This document shows, in pieces, positions 1 through 9,883 of a stretch of DNA of 32,000 bases (within the stretch, counting starts at the first letter, position 1; every line of letters begins with the position of its first letter). Both the position numbers and the translations under genes were made by a program. A model generated the notes under the pieces. The model saw only the letters and a list, made by a program, of their open reading frames with translations, was not told where the DNA came from and made no database searches. Origin of the DNA: Isorropodon fossajaponicum endosymbiont JTNG4 (lineage in GTDB: Bacteria > Pseudomonadota > Gammaproteobacteria > PS1 > Pseudothioglobaceae); assembly GCF_016592615.1 (NCBI RefSeq), contig NZ_AP013043.1, forward strand, positions 1,140,001 to 1,172,000, read 5' to 3'.

Positions 1-238
1 ACAGCACTAAATCTATGACTCATTTTTTATCAAATTGGCAAAAAAAATGGCGACCATGTTGCTTTGCTAATTAGTGGTGCTGATGGGTTAAGTGAGTCAG
101 TCAAAAAATATTGCCCATCAATTATAGGGGTTGTCAAATTTAACATTGCCACACGCATTTGCAAGGCTGCTACTAGCGGTAGAACAAATTTATCGCGCCC
201 ATTCATTACTTACTAATCGCCCTTATCACAGAAAATAA
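1..238 (+). pseudogene. rlmH: 23S rRNA m3-pseudouridine1915 methyltransferase RlmH, 3' part, disrupted
   Basis: The RlmH C-terminus is readable but spread over three frames: STKSMTHFLSNWQK | NGDHVALLISGADGLSESVK | [42 protein letters not shown]. Compare E. coli ...LLIGGPEGLS...[36 protein letters not shown]. The frame changes sit in an A8 run (40-47) and an A6 run (103-108). A TAG at 125-127 aligns with the conserved Trp. The stop is at 236-238 and the 5' end lies outside the window. Confidence 0.75.
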
Positions 239-260
239 TACAACAATCAATCGAGGAATT

Positions 261-920
261 ATGAAACTAGAACTGATCAGCTTTAAACTTTGTCCATTTG
301 CACAACGCGCTATTATTTCACTTAATACGCAAAATCTTGATTTTAAGATGACTTATATTAATCCAATGAACCTGCCTGATTGGTTTAAACAAATTTCACC
401 AACCGGGCAAGTGCCTTTGTTAAAAGTAGATGATAAAGTGGTGTTTGAATCTTTGGTAATAACCGAATTTATTAATGAAATAAGTAGCCATAGTTTTCAT
501 CCTAGTGACCTCATTCAAAGGGCTAATAATCGCTCTTGGATTGTATTTTCATCAGGTATTCTTGGTGACTTATTTGGCATTATCACAGCTGATGAGGAAA
601 AATTTAACCACTCAAAATCAGCATTATTTACCAAATTAGCAAAAATTGAGGCAGTTAAAAACAAAGCTAAATTTTTCAATGGCAATGATTTCAACATGAT
701 TGATGCCGCTTTTGCACCAATATTTATGCGCCTAAACTGGATTAATGAATTTACCAATAACACTTTATCACTTGATGAGTTTAAACATCTAAGCGCGTGG
801 AGTAAAGAGCTGTTACAAGTAGATGTGGTTAGAGGTTCAGTGGTTGAGGGGCTGGATGATGCTTATTATTCCAATATTGAAGCGCGTAAAGGTCATCTAT
901 CAACCCTGCTTATTGACTAA
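261..920 (+). CDS. glutathione S-transferase family protein
   Basis: 219-aa ORF. The N-terminus MKLELISFKLCPFAQRAIISL...GQVPLLKVDDKVVFESLVITEFI has the GST thioredoxin-fold pattern, followed by a helical C-terminal half. Confidence 0.75.
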   Translation: MKLELISFKLCPFAQRAIISLNTQNLDFKMTYINPMNLPDWFKQISPTGQVPLLKVDDKVVFESLVITEFINEISSHSFHPSDLIQRANNRSWIVFSSGILGDLFGIITADEEKFNHSKSALFTKLAKIEAVKNKAKFFNGNDFNMIDAAFAPIFMRLNWINEFTNNTLSLDEFKHLSAWSKELLQVDVVRGSVVEGLDDAYYSNIEARKGHLSTLLID

Positions 921-942
921 AGCCTTCCAAATGAGCAAGGCT
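921..942. terminator. short hairpin between convergent genes
   Basis: agcctt-N10-aaggct (6-bp arms) fills the 26-bp gap between two convergent stop codons. There is no clear U-tract. Confidence 0.3.
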
Positions 943-946
943 CTCT

Positions 947-1294
947 TTAAAGAATAGACAAAATATTTTCAGGTGGACGACCGATAACAACGCCTTTGCT
1001 TGTTCTTACAATGGGTCGTTCAATTAGTTTTGGAGTTTTGACCATGGCATTAACCAGTTGATTTTCAGTTAAAGCCTTATCATCTAAACCCTGCTCTTTG
1101 TACTCAGGCTCGCCTTTACGCATGAGCGATCTGGCTTCAAGGTTTAAATCGGTTAATAATTGCTTGAGTTCGCTACTGCTGGGTGGATTTTCTAAATATT
1201 TAATTATCTCAAAATCAACATTTTTTTGTTCTAAAATGGCTAACGTTGTTCTTGATTTAGAACATTTTGGATTGTGATAAATGATTGTACTCAT
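947..1294 (-). CDS. ArsC/Spx-family reductase (YfgD/ArsC-like)
   Basis: MSTIIYHNPKCSKSRTTLAILEQKNV... carries the family N-terminal IYHNPxCSKSR motif. I start it at the internal ATG (1294) because the ORF-track start at 1348 adds 18 unrelated residues and would overlap the divergent gene. Confidence 0.8.
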   Translation of the reverse strand: MSTIIYHNPKCSKSRTTLAILEQKNVDFEIIKYLENPPSSSELKQLLTDLNLEARSLMRKGEPEYKEQGLDDKALTENQLVNAMVKTPKLIERPIVRTSKGVVIGRPPENILSIL

Positions 1295-1306
1295 GACTAA
1301 ATAAAT

Positions 1307-1882
1307 ATGACAAAAAATCCCATTATACCTACAAAGCACGTATTTCAATTAGGCAATAAAATTGCCAAATTTGGTTTTATATGTTCGCTATTTTTAGCTT
1401 TGAATATTGCTCAGGCAATCAGCATTGATGACATTGTCAAGTCTGCTAATAACCTATGGCAAGAAGAGAGGAAAATCAAAATGCCTGATTTTTCTCTAAC
1501 CGACCTTAACGGCAATGTGCATACCAATAAATCCACTCAAGGTAAATACTTAGTGGTTAATTTTTGGGCAACTTGGTGTCCGCCTTGTTTAAAAGAAATT
1601 CCAGCTTTTGTTGAGTTTTATGAAAAAAATAAGGACAAAGTTCTTATTCTAGGGCTTGACTATGAACAAGCTGACAAAGCGGCTATTATTGAGTTTACTG
1701 ATACATTTATGGTGAATTATCCTATCATCCTTTTTGATGATAAAAACGGCGCTCAATTCACAAAATTTGGCGAAGTGCTTGGCATGCCAACGACTTATAT
1801 CTATGGACCAAATGGCAACTTGGTTGATTATCAGATGGGCGAAATGGACATGATGGCTTTAGAAAAAACCATTTCAAAGTAA
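1307..1882 (+). CDS. TlpA/ResA-like periplasmic thiol:disulfide oxidoreductase
   Basis: 191 aa with a hydrophobic signal/anchor (FGFICSLFLALNIAQA) and the thioredoxin motif NFWATWCPPC. Confidence 0.8.
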   Translation: MTKNPIIPTKHVFQLGNKIAKFGFICSLFLALNIAQAISIDDIVKSANNLWQEERKIKMPDFSLTDLNGNVHTNKSTQGKYLVVNFWATWCPPCLKEIPAFVEFYEKNKDKVLILGLDYEQADKAAIIEFTDTFMVNYPIILFDDKNGAQFTKFGEVLGMPTTYIYGPNGNLVDYQMGEMDMMALEKTISK

Positions 1883-2818
1883 CCAATCTTTAGAATGGTT
1901 ACCATTATCACGCACCAACTTAGGTACTAAATACCCACTTAAGTTATTTTTTAATTGTTGATGTAGTTGAATGGCATAATCATCTTTGACTAAAAAATCT
2001 TGTGCGCCCTGCACTTTATCTACCATGTGTAAATAATAGGGCAATATACCCAAATCAAACAATTTCAAACAAAGTTCTGTCAATGTCTCTATTGAGTCAT
2101 TCACACCTTTTAATAATACTGATTGATTGAGCAAAGTAACACCACTTAGTTTGGTGATTTTTTGTGCAAATTGAGCAGACAACTCTTGTACGTGGTTTGT
2201 GTGTAACACCATGACAACATTTAATCTTGAATGGTTAAGCATATCTACTAATTTATTGGTTATTCTACTAGGTGTCACAACAGCACTGCGTGTGTGAATG
2301 CGTAGTGTTTTTATATGCGCAATATTTGCAATATTATCAATCAATACGCTAAGTTTATCGTCACTCAAACTCAACGGATCGCCACCACTTAATATCACTT
2401 CATTGATTTTTGTATCATTAATAATATAATTTTGTATCTCAATCCAATTGCTGATAGCATCATGCTTAGCATAGTTAAAGTTTTGCCTAAAACAATATTG
2501 GCAATGAATGGCGCAAACTTGTGAGGCGATTAATAGTACTCTATTTGGATATTTATGAATAAGCCCAGCCACGGGGGAGTGTTTTTCATCTTCTAGTGGC
2601 GATAAACTAAAACTTGTATTTTTCGATAAACCTTTAGCACTGATGACTTGCTTTAGTAAGGGGTCATCCTTGTTACTTTTATCAATCAATTGTGCAAATT
2701 CTAAGGGGATTTTAATGGGAAAGGTTTGATCTTTGAATGCTTCTGTTTTAAAAAAATCATTACTTTGGTTGGCACCTTTAAGGGCATATCTCGCATGATG
2801 TTGCCAATTATTTTGCAT
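1874..2818 (-). CDS. epmB: EF-P beta-lysylation protein EpmB (lysine 2,3-aminomutase-like radical SAM)
   Basis: 314 aa with the radical-SAM cluster CAIHCQYCFR, an SGGDPL motif, and the overall YjeK/KamA pattern. Confidence 0.85.
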   Translation of the reverse strand: MQNNWQHHARYALKGANQSNDFFKTEAFKDQTFPIKIPLEFAQLIDKSNKDDPLLKQVISAKGLSKNTSFSLSPLEDEKHSPVAGLIHKYPNRVLLIASQVCAIHCQYCFRQNFNYAKHDAISNWIEIQNYIINDTKINEVILSGGDPLSLSDDKLSVLIDNIANIAHIKTLRIHTRSAVVTPSRITNKLVDMLNHSRLNVVMVLHTNHVQELSAQFAQKITKLSGVTLLNQSVLLKGVNDSIETLTELCLKLFDLGILPYYLHMVDKVQGAQDFLVKDDYAIQLHQQLKNNLSGYLVPKLVRDNGNHSKDWLL

Positions 2819-2832
2819 TATAGTTAGCGCAT

Positions 2833-2860
2833 AAAAAAACCCCGATAACGGGGTTTTTTT
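2833..2860. terminator. bidirectional rho-independent terminator
   Basis: aaaaaaaccccg-ataa-cggggttttttt: a GC stem flanked by A7 and T7, directly downstream of the minus-strand ORF 2876-3061. Confidence 0.8.
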
Positions 2861-2875
2861 ATGCGTTTTAAATAT

Positions 2876-3061
2876 CTAGCAGAAGTTAGTAAAATTAGTG
2901 TCTGTGTGCTCTTTACCATCTTCATAGCCTGACTCCCATTCGTCAGTAATTCTTTGCTCTTCAATTTTAGGATTATTTAAAAAACCTGCAACCCAGCCTT
3001 GAGTATAGTTATCGTTTACACCCATTTCTTCCATTTTTTTAACGCCTTCATAGTAAGTCAT
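2876..3061 (-). CDS. small acidic hypothetical protein (61 aa)
   Basis: MTYYEGVKKMEEMGVNDNYTQGWVAGFLNNPKIEEQRITDEWESGYEDGKEHTDTNFTNFC. It is preceded by an AGGAG Shine-Dalgarno 7 nt upstream of the ATG and followed by the strong terminator at 2833-2860. Confidence 0.55.
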   Translation of the reverse strand: MTYYEGVKKMEEMGVNDNYTQGWVAGFLNNPKIEEQRITDEWESGYEDGKEHTDTNFTNFC

Positions 3062-3175
3062 TACCGATACTCCTTAATAGTGTTTATAGTTTTATTTACT
3101 TATATCAGCCCATCTTTCAACCGACATAAGAGAAAGGTAATATTATAACCATTTAATTCCAAGACAAGAAAAAAA

Positions 3176-5341
3176 ATGAATTTATCTGAAATAACAAGCG
3201 GCCTAAACGACAAACAATGCCAATCAGTCACATTAAGTAATGAAAAAAATGCTTTAATACTAGCGGGTGCAGGCAGTGGCAAAACCAGAGTGCTCACACA
3301 TAGAATCGCTTATTTAATCACACAAAAAGATATTCGAACCGATGCTATTTTAGCGGTTACTTTTACTAATAAAGCCGCTGCTGAGATGCGTGAAAGGCTA
3401 AGTACTCTATTAAGACGCCCTATTCAAAGCATGTGAGTGGAAATATTTCATAGCTTGGCACACCGATTATTACGCACTCATTATGAAAAAGCTAAGTTGA
3501 CTTCTGGCTTTCAAATTTTAGATGCACAAGACCAGTTTCGCATTGTCAAACGTCTAATGAAAGAAAATCACATTGATGAATCTAAGTTCCCCATTAGAAA
3601 GGTTCAGTGGTTTATTAACAATCAAAAAGGCGAAGGTATTCGCCCGCAAGACATTGATCCTGGTTATAACTATTTTGTTAAAAAGTCTTGAAGTGTTTTG
3701 AACTTTATGAAGCGCACTGCCAAGCAAATGACCTAGTTGATTTTGCAGAACTACTGATACGTAGTTATGAGCTATTAAAAAATAACACAGACTTGCTTAA
3801 TCATTATCAAGCGCGCTTTGAGCATATTTTAGTGGATGAATTTCAAGATACCAATACGGTGCCAATACAAATGGATTAAATTATTGTTTAGTGGCAATAA
3901 TTAAGTATTTTGTGTGGGTGGTGATGACCAATCTATTTATGGCTGGCGCGGTGCAAAAATTGAAAATATCACCAAACTATGTACAGGTTTTACCCCTATT
4001 GAAACCATCCGCTTAGAACAAAATTATCGCTCAACTGGTAATATTCTAAACGCCTCTAACGTCTTGATTACCCATAACGCCAATCGTATGGGTAAGTCTC
4101 TTTGGACTGATGCTGGCAATGGTGAATTGATTGATGCCTATGAAGCGCGAACTGAAACAGATGAGGCAGATTATGTCATCAGTAGTATTCAAAAATTAAT
4201 CACTGATGGTGCATCACCTAGTGATTGTGCTATTTTGTATCGCTCCAATGCCCAATCTCGTAACTTTGAAGAAGCGCTCATAAAATACAACATTCCTTAT
4301 ATTATCTATGGTGGTTTTAGGTTTTTCGAGCGTGCTGAGATTAAAGATGCTTTAAGTTATTTGCGTTTGATAGAAAATTCTGCTGACAATGTTGCCTTTG
4401 AACGTGTGATTAATTTCCCAACTCGCGGTATTGGCAATGCAACGGTTGAAAAAATACGCACCTTTGCACAAGATAACCACACCAGTCTTTTTCAAGCAGC
4501 CATACAAATGTCATCCACCCTACCAACTCGCGCTGCCAATGCATTAAGTAGCTTTGTTAACCTAATTGAGCAAATGACAGACGACACAAAGAACCTAGAT
4601 TTATCTGAAGAAGTAGCCAACTTGCTTAATACATCAGAATTAATGATGCATTATTCTAATGATAAAACCGATAAGGCTGGCAGTAAAAAAGAAAATCTAG
4701 AAGAACTAATCACCGCAGCGCAACAATACAACCATGAACAAGATAGCGGGATGAACGAAGTGGTGGGGTTTATCTCTTTAGCACCACTAGATTCTAGTGG
4801 TGACACCAATGCGCCTATTAACCAAAATGTACAACTTATGACCATACACTCAGCCAAGGGGTTGGAATTTCCTTATGTATTTTTGGTTGGTATGGAAGGG
4901 GACTTATTCCCCTCTAGACAAAGCAAGGATGAGCCTCATTTAATGGGTGAAGAAAGACGATTATGCTACGTGGGCATGACTCGCGCTATGAAAAAACTAT
5001 CACTCTCTTATGCTATTAAACGCTTTTTGCACGGACAATCCTTATACGCTTATCCTTCACGTTTTTTAGACGAAATTCCAAGTAAATATTTAAATAAGAT
5101 TAAGGCTAAATTTGGTGCAACAATACAAAATTACAATGATGATAAGGCTTTTGATCAAAGTATTACACCCAAATCTGATGGCCAATTATTCATCGGCGCT
5201 TCAGTTAAACACACCAAATTTGGCGTGGGCACAGTGTTAAATTTTGAAGGGCAAGGCGATTCTACTAGGGTGCAAATAAAATTTAAACAAGTAGGCACAA
5301 AATGGCTGATTAGTTCGTATGCAAACCTAGGATTCGTTTAA
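3176..5341 (+). pseudogene. uvrD: DNA helicase II UvrD, multiply disrupted
   Basis: Four consecutive ORF pieces are collinear with E. coli UvrD ([16 protein letters not shown]..., VDEFQDTN, GDDDQSIYGWRGA, LEQNYRS, TIHSAKGLEF, YVGMTRA, C-terminal KFGxGTV...IKWL). The lesions are: TGA at 3434-3436 where UvrD has Trp (GMWVGTFH); a frameshift near 3680-3690 at an A5 run; a frameshift near 3862-3870; and an in-frame TAA at 3902-3904. Confidence 0.9.
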
Positions 5342-5916
5342 ACCTATCTTTATGACTGTTGAATATATAATACATAATAATGGCGTACTGCACCATCGTC
5401 CAGATTAAACAAAAACACTCAAACCAAACTAACAGCACTTATAGAGGCAATCAAACGCCCTAAAAGTTTTTTACACCAGTAACTTTAAAAAAAAATTAAG
5501 CGTAGATTATGGTTAATGGCTAACCCGACAAAATCCACAACACATAATTAAAGTCTTATGTGTGTGGCGTTCAACTGCTAGATTAATACCATAACTTGCA
5601 CAAAATACAATAGCTCCAATATTATCAACGACCTAATATTTCCTTTTCAAAGCACTGCTTAAAAGCGCCATCTTTAAATCCACTATAGGCGGTCTCCCAG
5701 CCAGCCATCTTACAAGGCTCCTGTCCAGCCTTTTTCCCAAGAATTAAGATAGTTAGCCCCATGGATTTGGAGCAAATTGTCGCATGCCTTTACAATTGTA
5801 TTTAGCATTTTTTCTATCACCTAAGTTAATTTTATCGGTCATTCCAAAGTAATCTAAAAAACCAGAATAATATTTAACCCTATTGTTTGCAATGCTCTAA
5901 CCTACTTGGACACATT

Positions 5917-6646
<730 letters not shown>

Positions 6647-6771
6647 AGCGTTGGTGTTGTTGTTTACTCGCTTATCTTTGACTTGATAGTAATAACTACT
6701 GCGAGGAAGTTTGAGTAATGCTCATAATTCTTTAGTATTGTATTGTTGGCAAGCCTTGTTTATCTTGATAA

Positions 6772-7123
6772 TCATATCACTTGGTGATTGTCCACAGCGA
6801 ACAAGGCTGTTGCCTTTTTTAAGATTTCATTGTCCCTTTGTGCGCGCCAAAGTTGTTTCTCAAGCAGTTGTATTGTTTGTTGTTCAGAAGTCAGCGCTTT
6901 GCCTGACTCTGGTGTTTGTCCACCAAGCTCTGCTAGGTATTGTTTTCTCCATCTGCTAACTGCTGAGGAGCAAGCTCCTGATATTATCATGATTTTTTTT
7001 ATTGGTGTAATTCTCATGCACCATGAGTTTGGCATAATCTAGTGTTCCCCCCTCAAGGGGGTATTGAACAGAATGTTCAACGGTAAAAGTCACTCGTTGT
7101 TTTCTTGATTTATATTGTGTCAT
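6772..7123 (-). pseudogene. type-A IS orfA (HTH transposase N-part), frameshifted
   Basis: Same sequence as the intact 116-aa orfA at 30015-30365, but with T8 (6993-7000, equal to A8 on the coding strand) instead of A7, which splits the reading frame. Confidence 0.8.
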
Positions 7124-7188
7124 TACTGACCTCCTTATGGTTTGTATTATAAGGCTATCTTTGTGTCCAATAAAATTAGACTATTGCA

Positions 7189-7433
7189 CCAACTCAAAAT
7201 GCCTACATTGAGAGATTTAACCGTACAGTAAGACAAGAGTGTTTAGATCTGCATTTGTTTGATTCTGTTGAGCAAGCACAAGATGCAACCACACAGTGGT
7301 TATGGGTTTATAATAACGAACGACCGCACTTTGCCCTAGGTGGCATACCACCTAGGGCAAAGGTGGCGTGATAAGATGACTGTAAACAAGTCAAGCCTCT
7401 ACTTTAGAGTTGTATGGAAAATTGGGGTATTAA
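7189..7433 (+). mobile_element. 3' fragment of IS3/IS407-like element, type B
   Basis: Encodes ...TQNAYIERFNRTVRQECLDLHLFDSVEQAQDATTQWLWVYNNERPHFALGGIPPRAKVA*, the C-terminal end of an IS3-family DDE transposase. It ends in the terminal repeat ...ctactttagagttgtatggaaaattggggtatta, which matches the other end of type B at 24416-24448. It appears identical by eye to the reverse complement of 29706-29949. Confidence 0.85.
7329..7362. repeat. perfect 15-bp palindrome with 4-nt loop inside type-B IS
   Basis: ctttgccctaggtgg-cata-ccacctagggcaaag, overlapping the codons for FALGGIPPRAK. It is repeated at about 29777-29810. Confidence 0.9.
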
Positions 7434-7445
7434 ACACTCGTTGAA

Positions 7446-8026
7446 TTAGAAAAGCTCTCGTCTATTTTCGAAGATGAAGAATTGCTTGTAAGTGTTTTGG
7501 GTGAAGCTACCGTTTACCCATGAGTGAGAGTAACTCAAGGACAGTGATCTTATAGGTATTTCTCCAAAAAACCCAGCAGTTATCCCTGCCCCAAATGTGT
7601 TGACATCCGAAAAGTGGATGAACCTGTAGTATTTTGGTGTACTATAGAGCTAGAAGTGCCAAGTATGGGAACTTGAATTTGTTGTAACATTTGAGTTTAA
7701 TGTTCTAGGGAATATACTATTCACTTGTATTTTTGCTTGATTGTTGACATCAAGTTTTATTTTATTTTCAATAATTGCTGGATAGTTTTTGTAAGCCGTA
7801 ATTGATGTTGCACCGGCAGCATATTCTGTCGTATTGGGGAGAATAATGCGTTGTTTTACTATTAACAGGTACCCTCTAACACTTGTTAAGTTAGAAACAT
7901 TAGTGCGCTTATAAATTTCATATCCAACAATAGTTTGTCCAAAAACTTCGCCTGCTTCTTTATTTTTCAGTTCAAATTCATGATTAGCACTGTAAAATTT
8001 TTATAATACTGTCTATTGTTCGTCAT
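7446..8026 (-). pseudogene. unknown Asn/Ser/Thr/Tyr-rich protein (about 193 codons), disrupted
   Basis: ATG at 8026 gives MTNNRQYYKN. The frame then changes inside a tataaaaatttt run to ...YSANHEFELKNKEAGEVFGQTIVGYEIYKRTNVSNLTSVRGYLLIVKQRIILPNTTEYAAGATSITAYKNYPAIIENKIKLDVNNQAKIQVNSIFPRTLNSNVTTNSSSHTWHF*LYSTPKYYRFIHFSDVNTFGAGITAGFFGEIPIRSLSLSYSHSWVNGSFTQNTYKQFFIFENRRELF*. The internal TAG is at 7650-7652. The length of 581 nt is not divisible by 3. Confidence 0.5.
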
Positions 8027-8109
8027 TTTAAAATATCTCTTGTGGATTATATCGTGTTTAATATCAATTAATTAAAATTTTACCATTGTGTTAAACAATA
8101 AAAATACAA

Positions 8110-8921
8110 CTATATCCAATTAAAGATAATGTTTCCAGGTGCCCCTGTATGACTACCATCTTTACCTACAATGCCAAATTTACCAGCCCCTCCATTTGAA
8201 CCATCAGTAGCTGCATGACTTCCAATACCTTTGTTACCACCATGACCACCGTCACCTCTAGACCAAAATAATGCTGTTTTTGTAACTGGTTGTATCAAGC
8301 TTTTATGCTCTTTAGGAAAACTAATAATAATAGGATTGCCATTTGCACCATTACCACCAGTACCACCAGTACCAGATGTTGTAAAAACAACCAAACTACC
8401 CGCACTTTCATTTGCTATACTTTTTATTACAATATTTGCAGGGAGGTTTGCAAGTCCATAATTGCCAATTCTAGCATCTTTGCCGTTTGAGCCAGTATTG
8501 CCCATTAGACCCATTGCCTCCAGACCCAGCCCACGTGCAAATACCTGGACTTGTGGCGCTTTTATCACTTCCATGTGCAGCTGGTCCATAATAGTTTTTA
8601 CCATTCGAGCCTGCACTACCATTATTACCTTTGTACCCCAAAATACCGATACTTAGAACTACGATTGTTTGCTGTTATAGTCAAAGCAGTAGTAATAGAT
8701 GTAATTGACCCTCCATCAAATGTTAATATATCTGCATTAATAAAATAAGACGAGGCTGCGGGCCCTACAACAATATCTTTATTGATGACTATATCTTTCC
8801 CATACATTACGCTTCCTTTAAAAGGAAATGCGATATCTATATAATCCAACGTTTTTTTAGCCATTAAATTATTTTTTCCAAGCATATAATCAGCAATTTC
8901 TTGTAAAAAAACATTATTCAT
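8110..8921 (-). pseudogene. unknown Gly/Asn-rich repeat protein (about 270 codons), two frameshifts
   Basis: ORF 8625-8921 (MNNVFLQEIADYML...TITANNRSSKYRYF) continues in a second frame as GYKGNNGSAGSNGKNYYGPAAHGSDKSATSPGICTWAGSGGNGSNG. It then joins the third frame (ORF 8110-8622) from NTGSNGKDARIGNYG...SGTGGTGGNGANG...GDGGHGGNKG...SNGGAGKFGIVGKDGSHTGAPGNIIFNWI*. The length of 812 nt equals 270 codons plus 2. Confidence 0.55.
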
Positions 8922-9091
8922 ACAACTATGTGGTAGACTTTTAGAAAATACTCAAATATACTAATAGTTATAAACTAAAACTTTTACATAATTGTGAATA
9001 ATCATCAAAAAACCACCTTTCACCAACTTAACAAAAATTTACCATTTGGCTAATCAAATATAGTCATGCAAAAGTGTCAGATTAAAAAAAA

Positions 9092-9817
9092 TTAACTACC
9101 CCATAAAAGTTGCATATTGGCTATCGCTGCGAGTGATGCGGTTTCAGTTCTTAGTACACGAGAACCTAACAATAAAGACCGATAGCCTGCTTGTATAGCT
9201 TGATTGATTTCTATTTCACTGAGTCCGCCTTCGGGACCGATTAAAATACTTGCCTTATCAACTGCTGTCAACTCTAATAGAGTTTGCTCACAACGATGAT
9301 GCAGAACAAAGCCGTTGACAATTGGTTGTTGTAGAAAATCTCTCAAATTGACAGGTGTGAGCACTTCTGGAATAACAGAACGTCCCGACTGCTCACAAGC
9401 ACCAATAACAATCTTTTACCAATGTGATTGATGCTTTGTTAGTTTGTCTAGTTTGTCGCCTTTGAATCTAACCACACAGTGCTGAGTAAAAATAGGAATG
9501 GTTCTATTAACACCCAATTCCACGGCTTTTTGTATTAAAAAATCCATCTTTTCGCCTTTGGCAATACCTTGAACCAAAGTGATGTCCAATTTAGACTCAG
9601 ACGTATTTTGAGTGCAAGTGTATACTTCAATCTCACAATATTTTTTTACTTGCACAAGTGTGGCTAAATAGTTCTTGCCATCACCATTAAATAAAGTAAT
9701 CTCTTGGCCTTGAGGAAAGCGCAATACTTTTGCTAAATGACGTGATGCATATTCATCAAGCATCAATTTCTCATTAATTTGCAAGGGGGTATTTTGGTAC
9801 AATCGTACGTGTTTCAT
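9092..9817 (-). pseudogene. rsmE: 16S rRNA m3U1498 methyltransferase RsmE with one in-frame nonsense codon
   Basis: MKHVRLYQ...FNGDG...GIAKGEKMDFLIQKAVELGV...KLDKLTKHQSHW*KIVIGACEQSGRSVIPEV...ILIGPEGGLSEIEI...LGSRVLRTETA. Both halves are in the same frame. The TAA at 9416-9418 sits where RsmE proteins have Gln in the (R)WQKI motif. Confidence 0.85.
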
Positions 9818-9883
9818 GGTATCTTTGTGCGTAATAAATAGTGAATAGAAATGTTCATACAATTAAGCCATATTTGATAAAAA

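Noticed and set aside
515-763. Antisense or overlapping ORFs inside well-supported genes. Examples: 515-763, 3100-3297, 4651-4857, 11084-11551, 12055-12279, 13647-13829, 14215-14762, 14790-15475, 15993-16400, 16724-16930, 17449-17739, 17962-18255, 18516-19101, 19253-19640, 20455-20685, 21489-21677, 27118-27444.
   Set aside because: Each lies within or opposite a gene with clear family motifs. They have low-complexity or implausible composition and no start signals, so they are shadow ORFs.
1294-1307. Divergent ArsC-like and TlpA-like start codons are only 12 bp apart, considered as a shared regulatory site.
   Set aside because: There is no recognisable operator or palindrome in or around the gap. 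The start-codon choice for both genes is uncertain enough that the spacing itself may be an annotation artefact.
3434-3904. Possibility that the uvrD, rlmH and rsmE disruptions are programmed recoding (TGA readthrough or selenocysteine, or programmed frameshifts).
   Set aside because: All three stop codons (TGA, TAA, TAG) occur at conserved sense positions. Shifts go in both directions with no slippery-site or structure context, and canonical stops are used normally by the neighbouring genes. Pseudogenisation, or less likely sequencing error, is the simpler reading.
5342-5887. Short open stretches in all three minus-strand frames, for example ...MTDKINLGDRKNAKYNCKGMRQFAPNPWG, NYLNSWEKGWTGAL, and GKKAGQEPCKMAGWETAYSGFKDGAFKQCFEKEILGR. 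There is also an imperfect hairpin at 5535-5567.
   Set aside because: It probably is a heavily decayed gene next to the IS, but I could not recognise a family or reconstruct a convincing frame path, so it is not reported as a feature.
6711-7042. ORFs of 82 and 84 aa antisense to IS orfA, recurring three times (also at 22388-22719 and 30128-30426).
   Set aside because: They recur only because the IS is repeated. They are antisense to the HTH/zipper orfA and are Cys/Ser/Leu-rich, so they are not independent genes.
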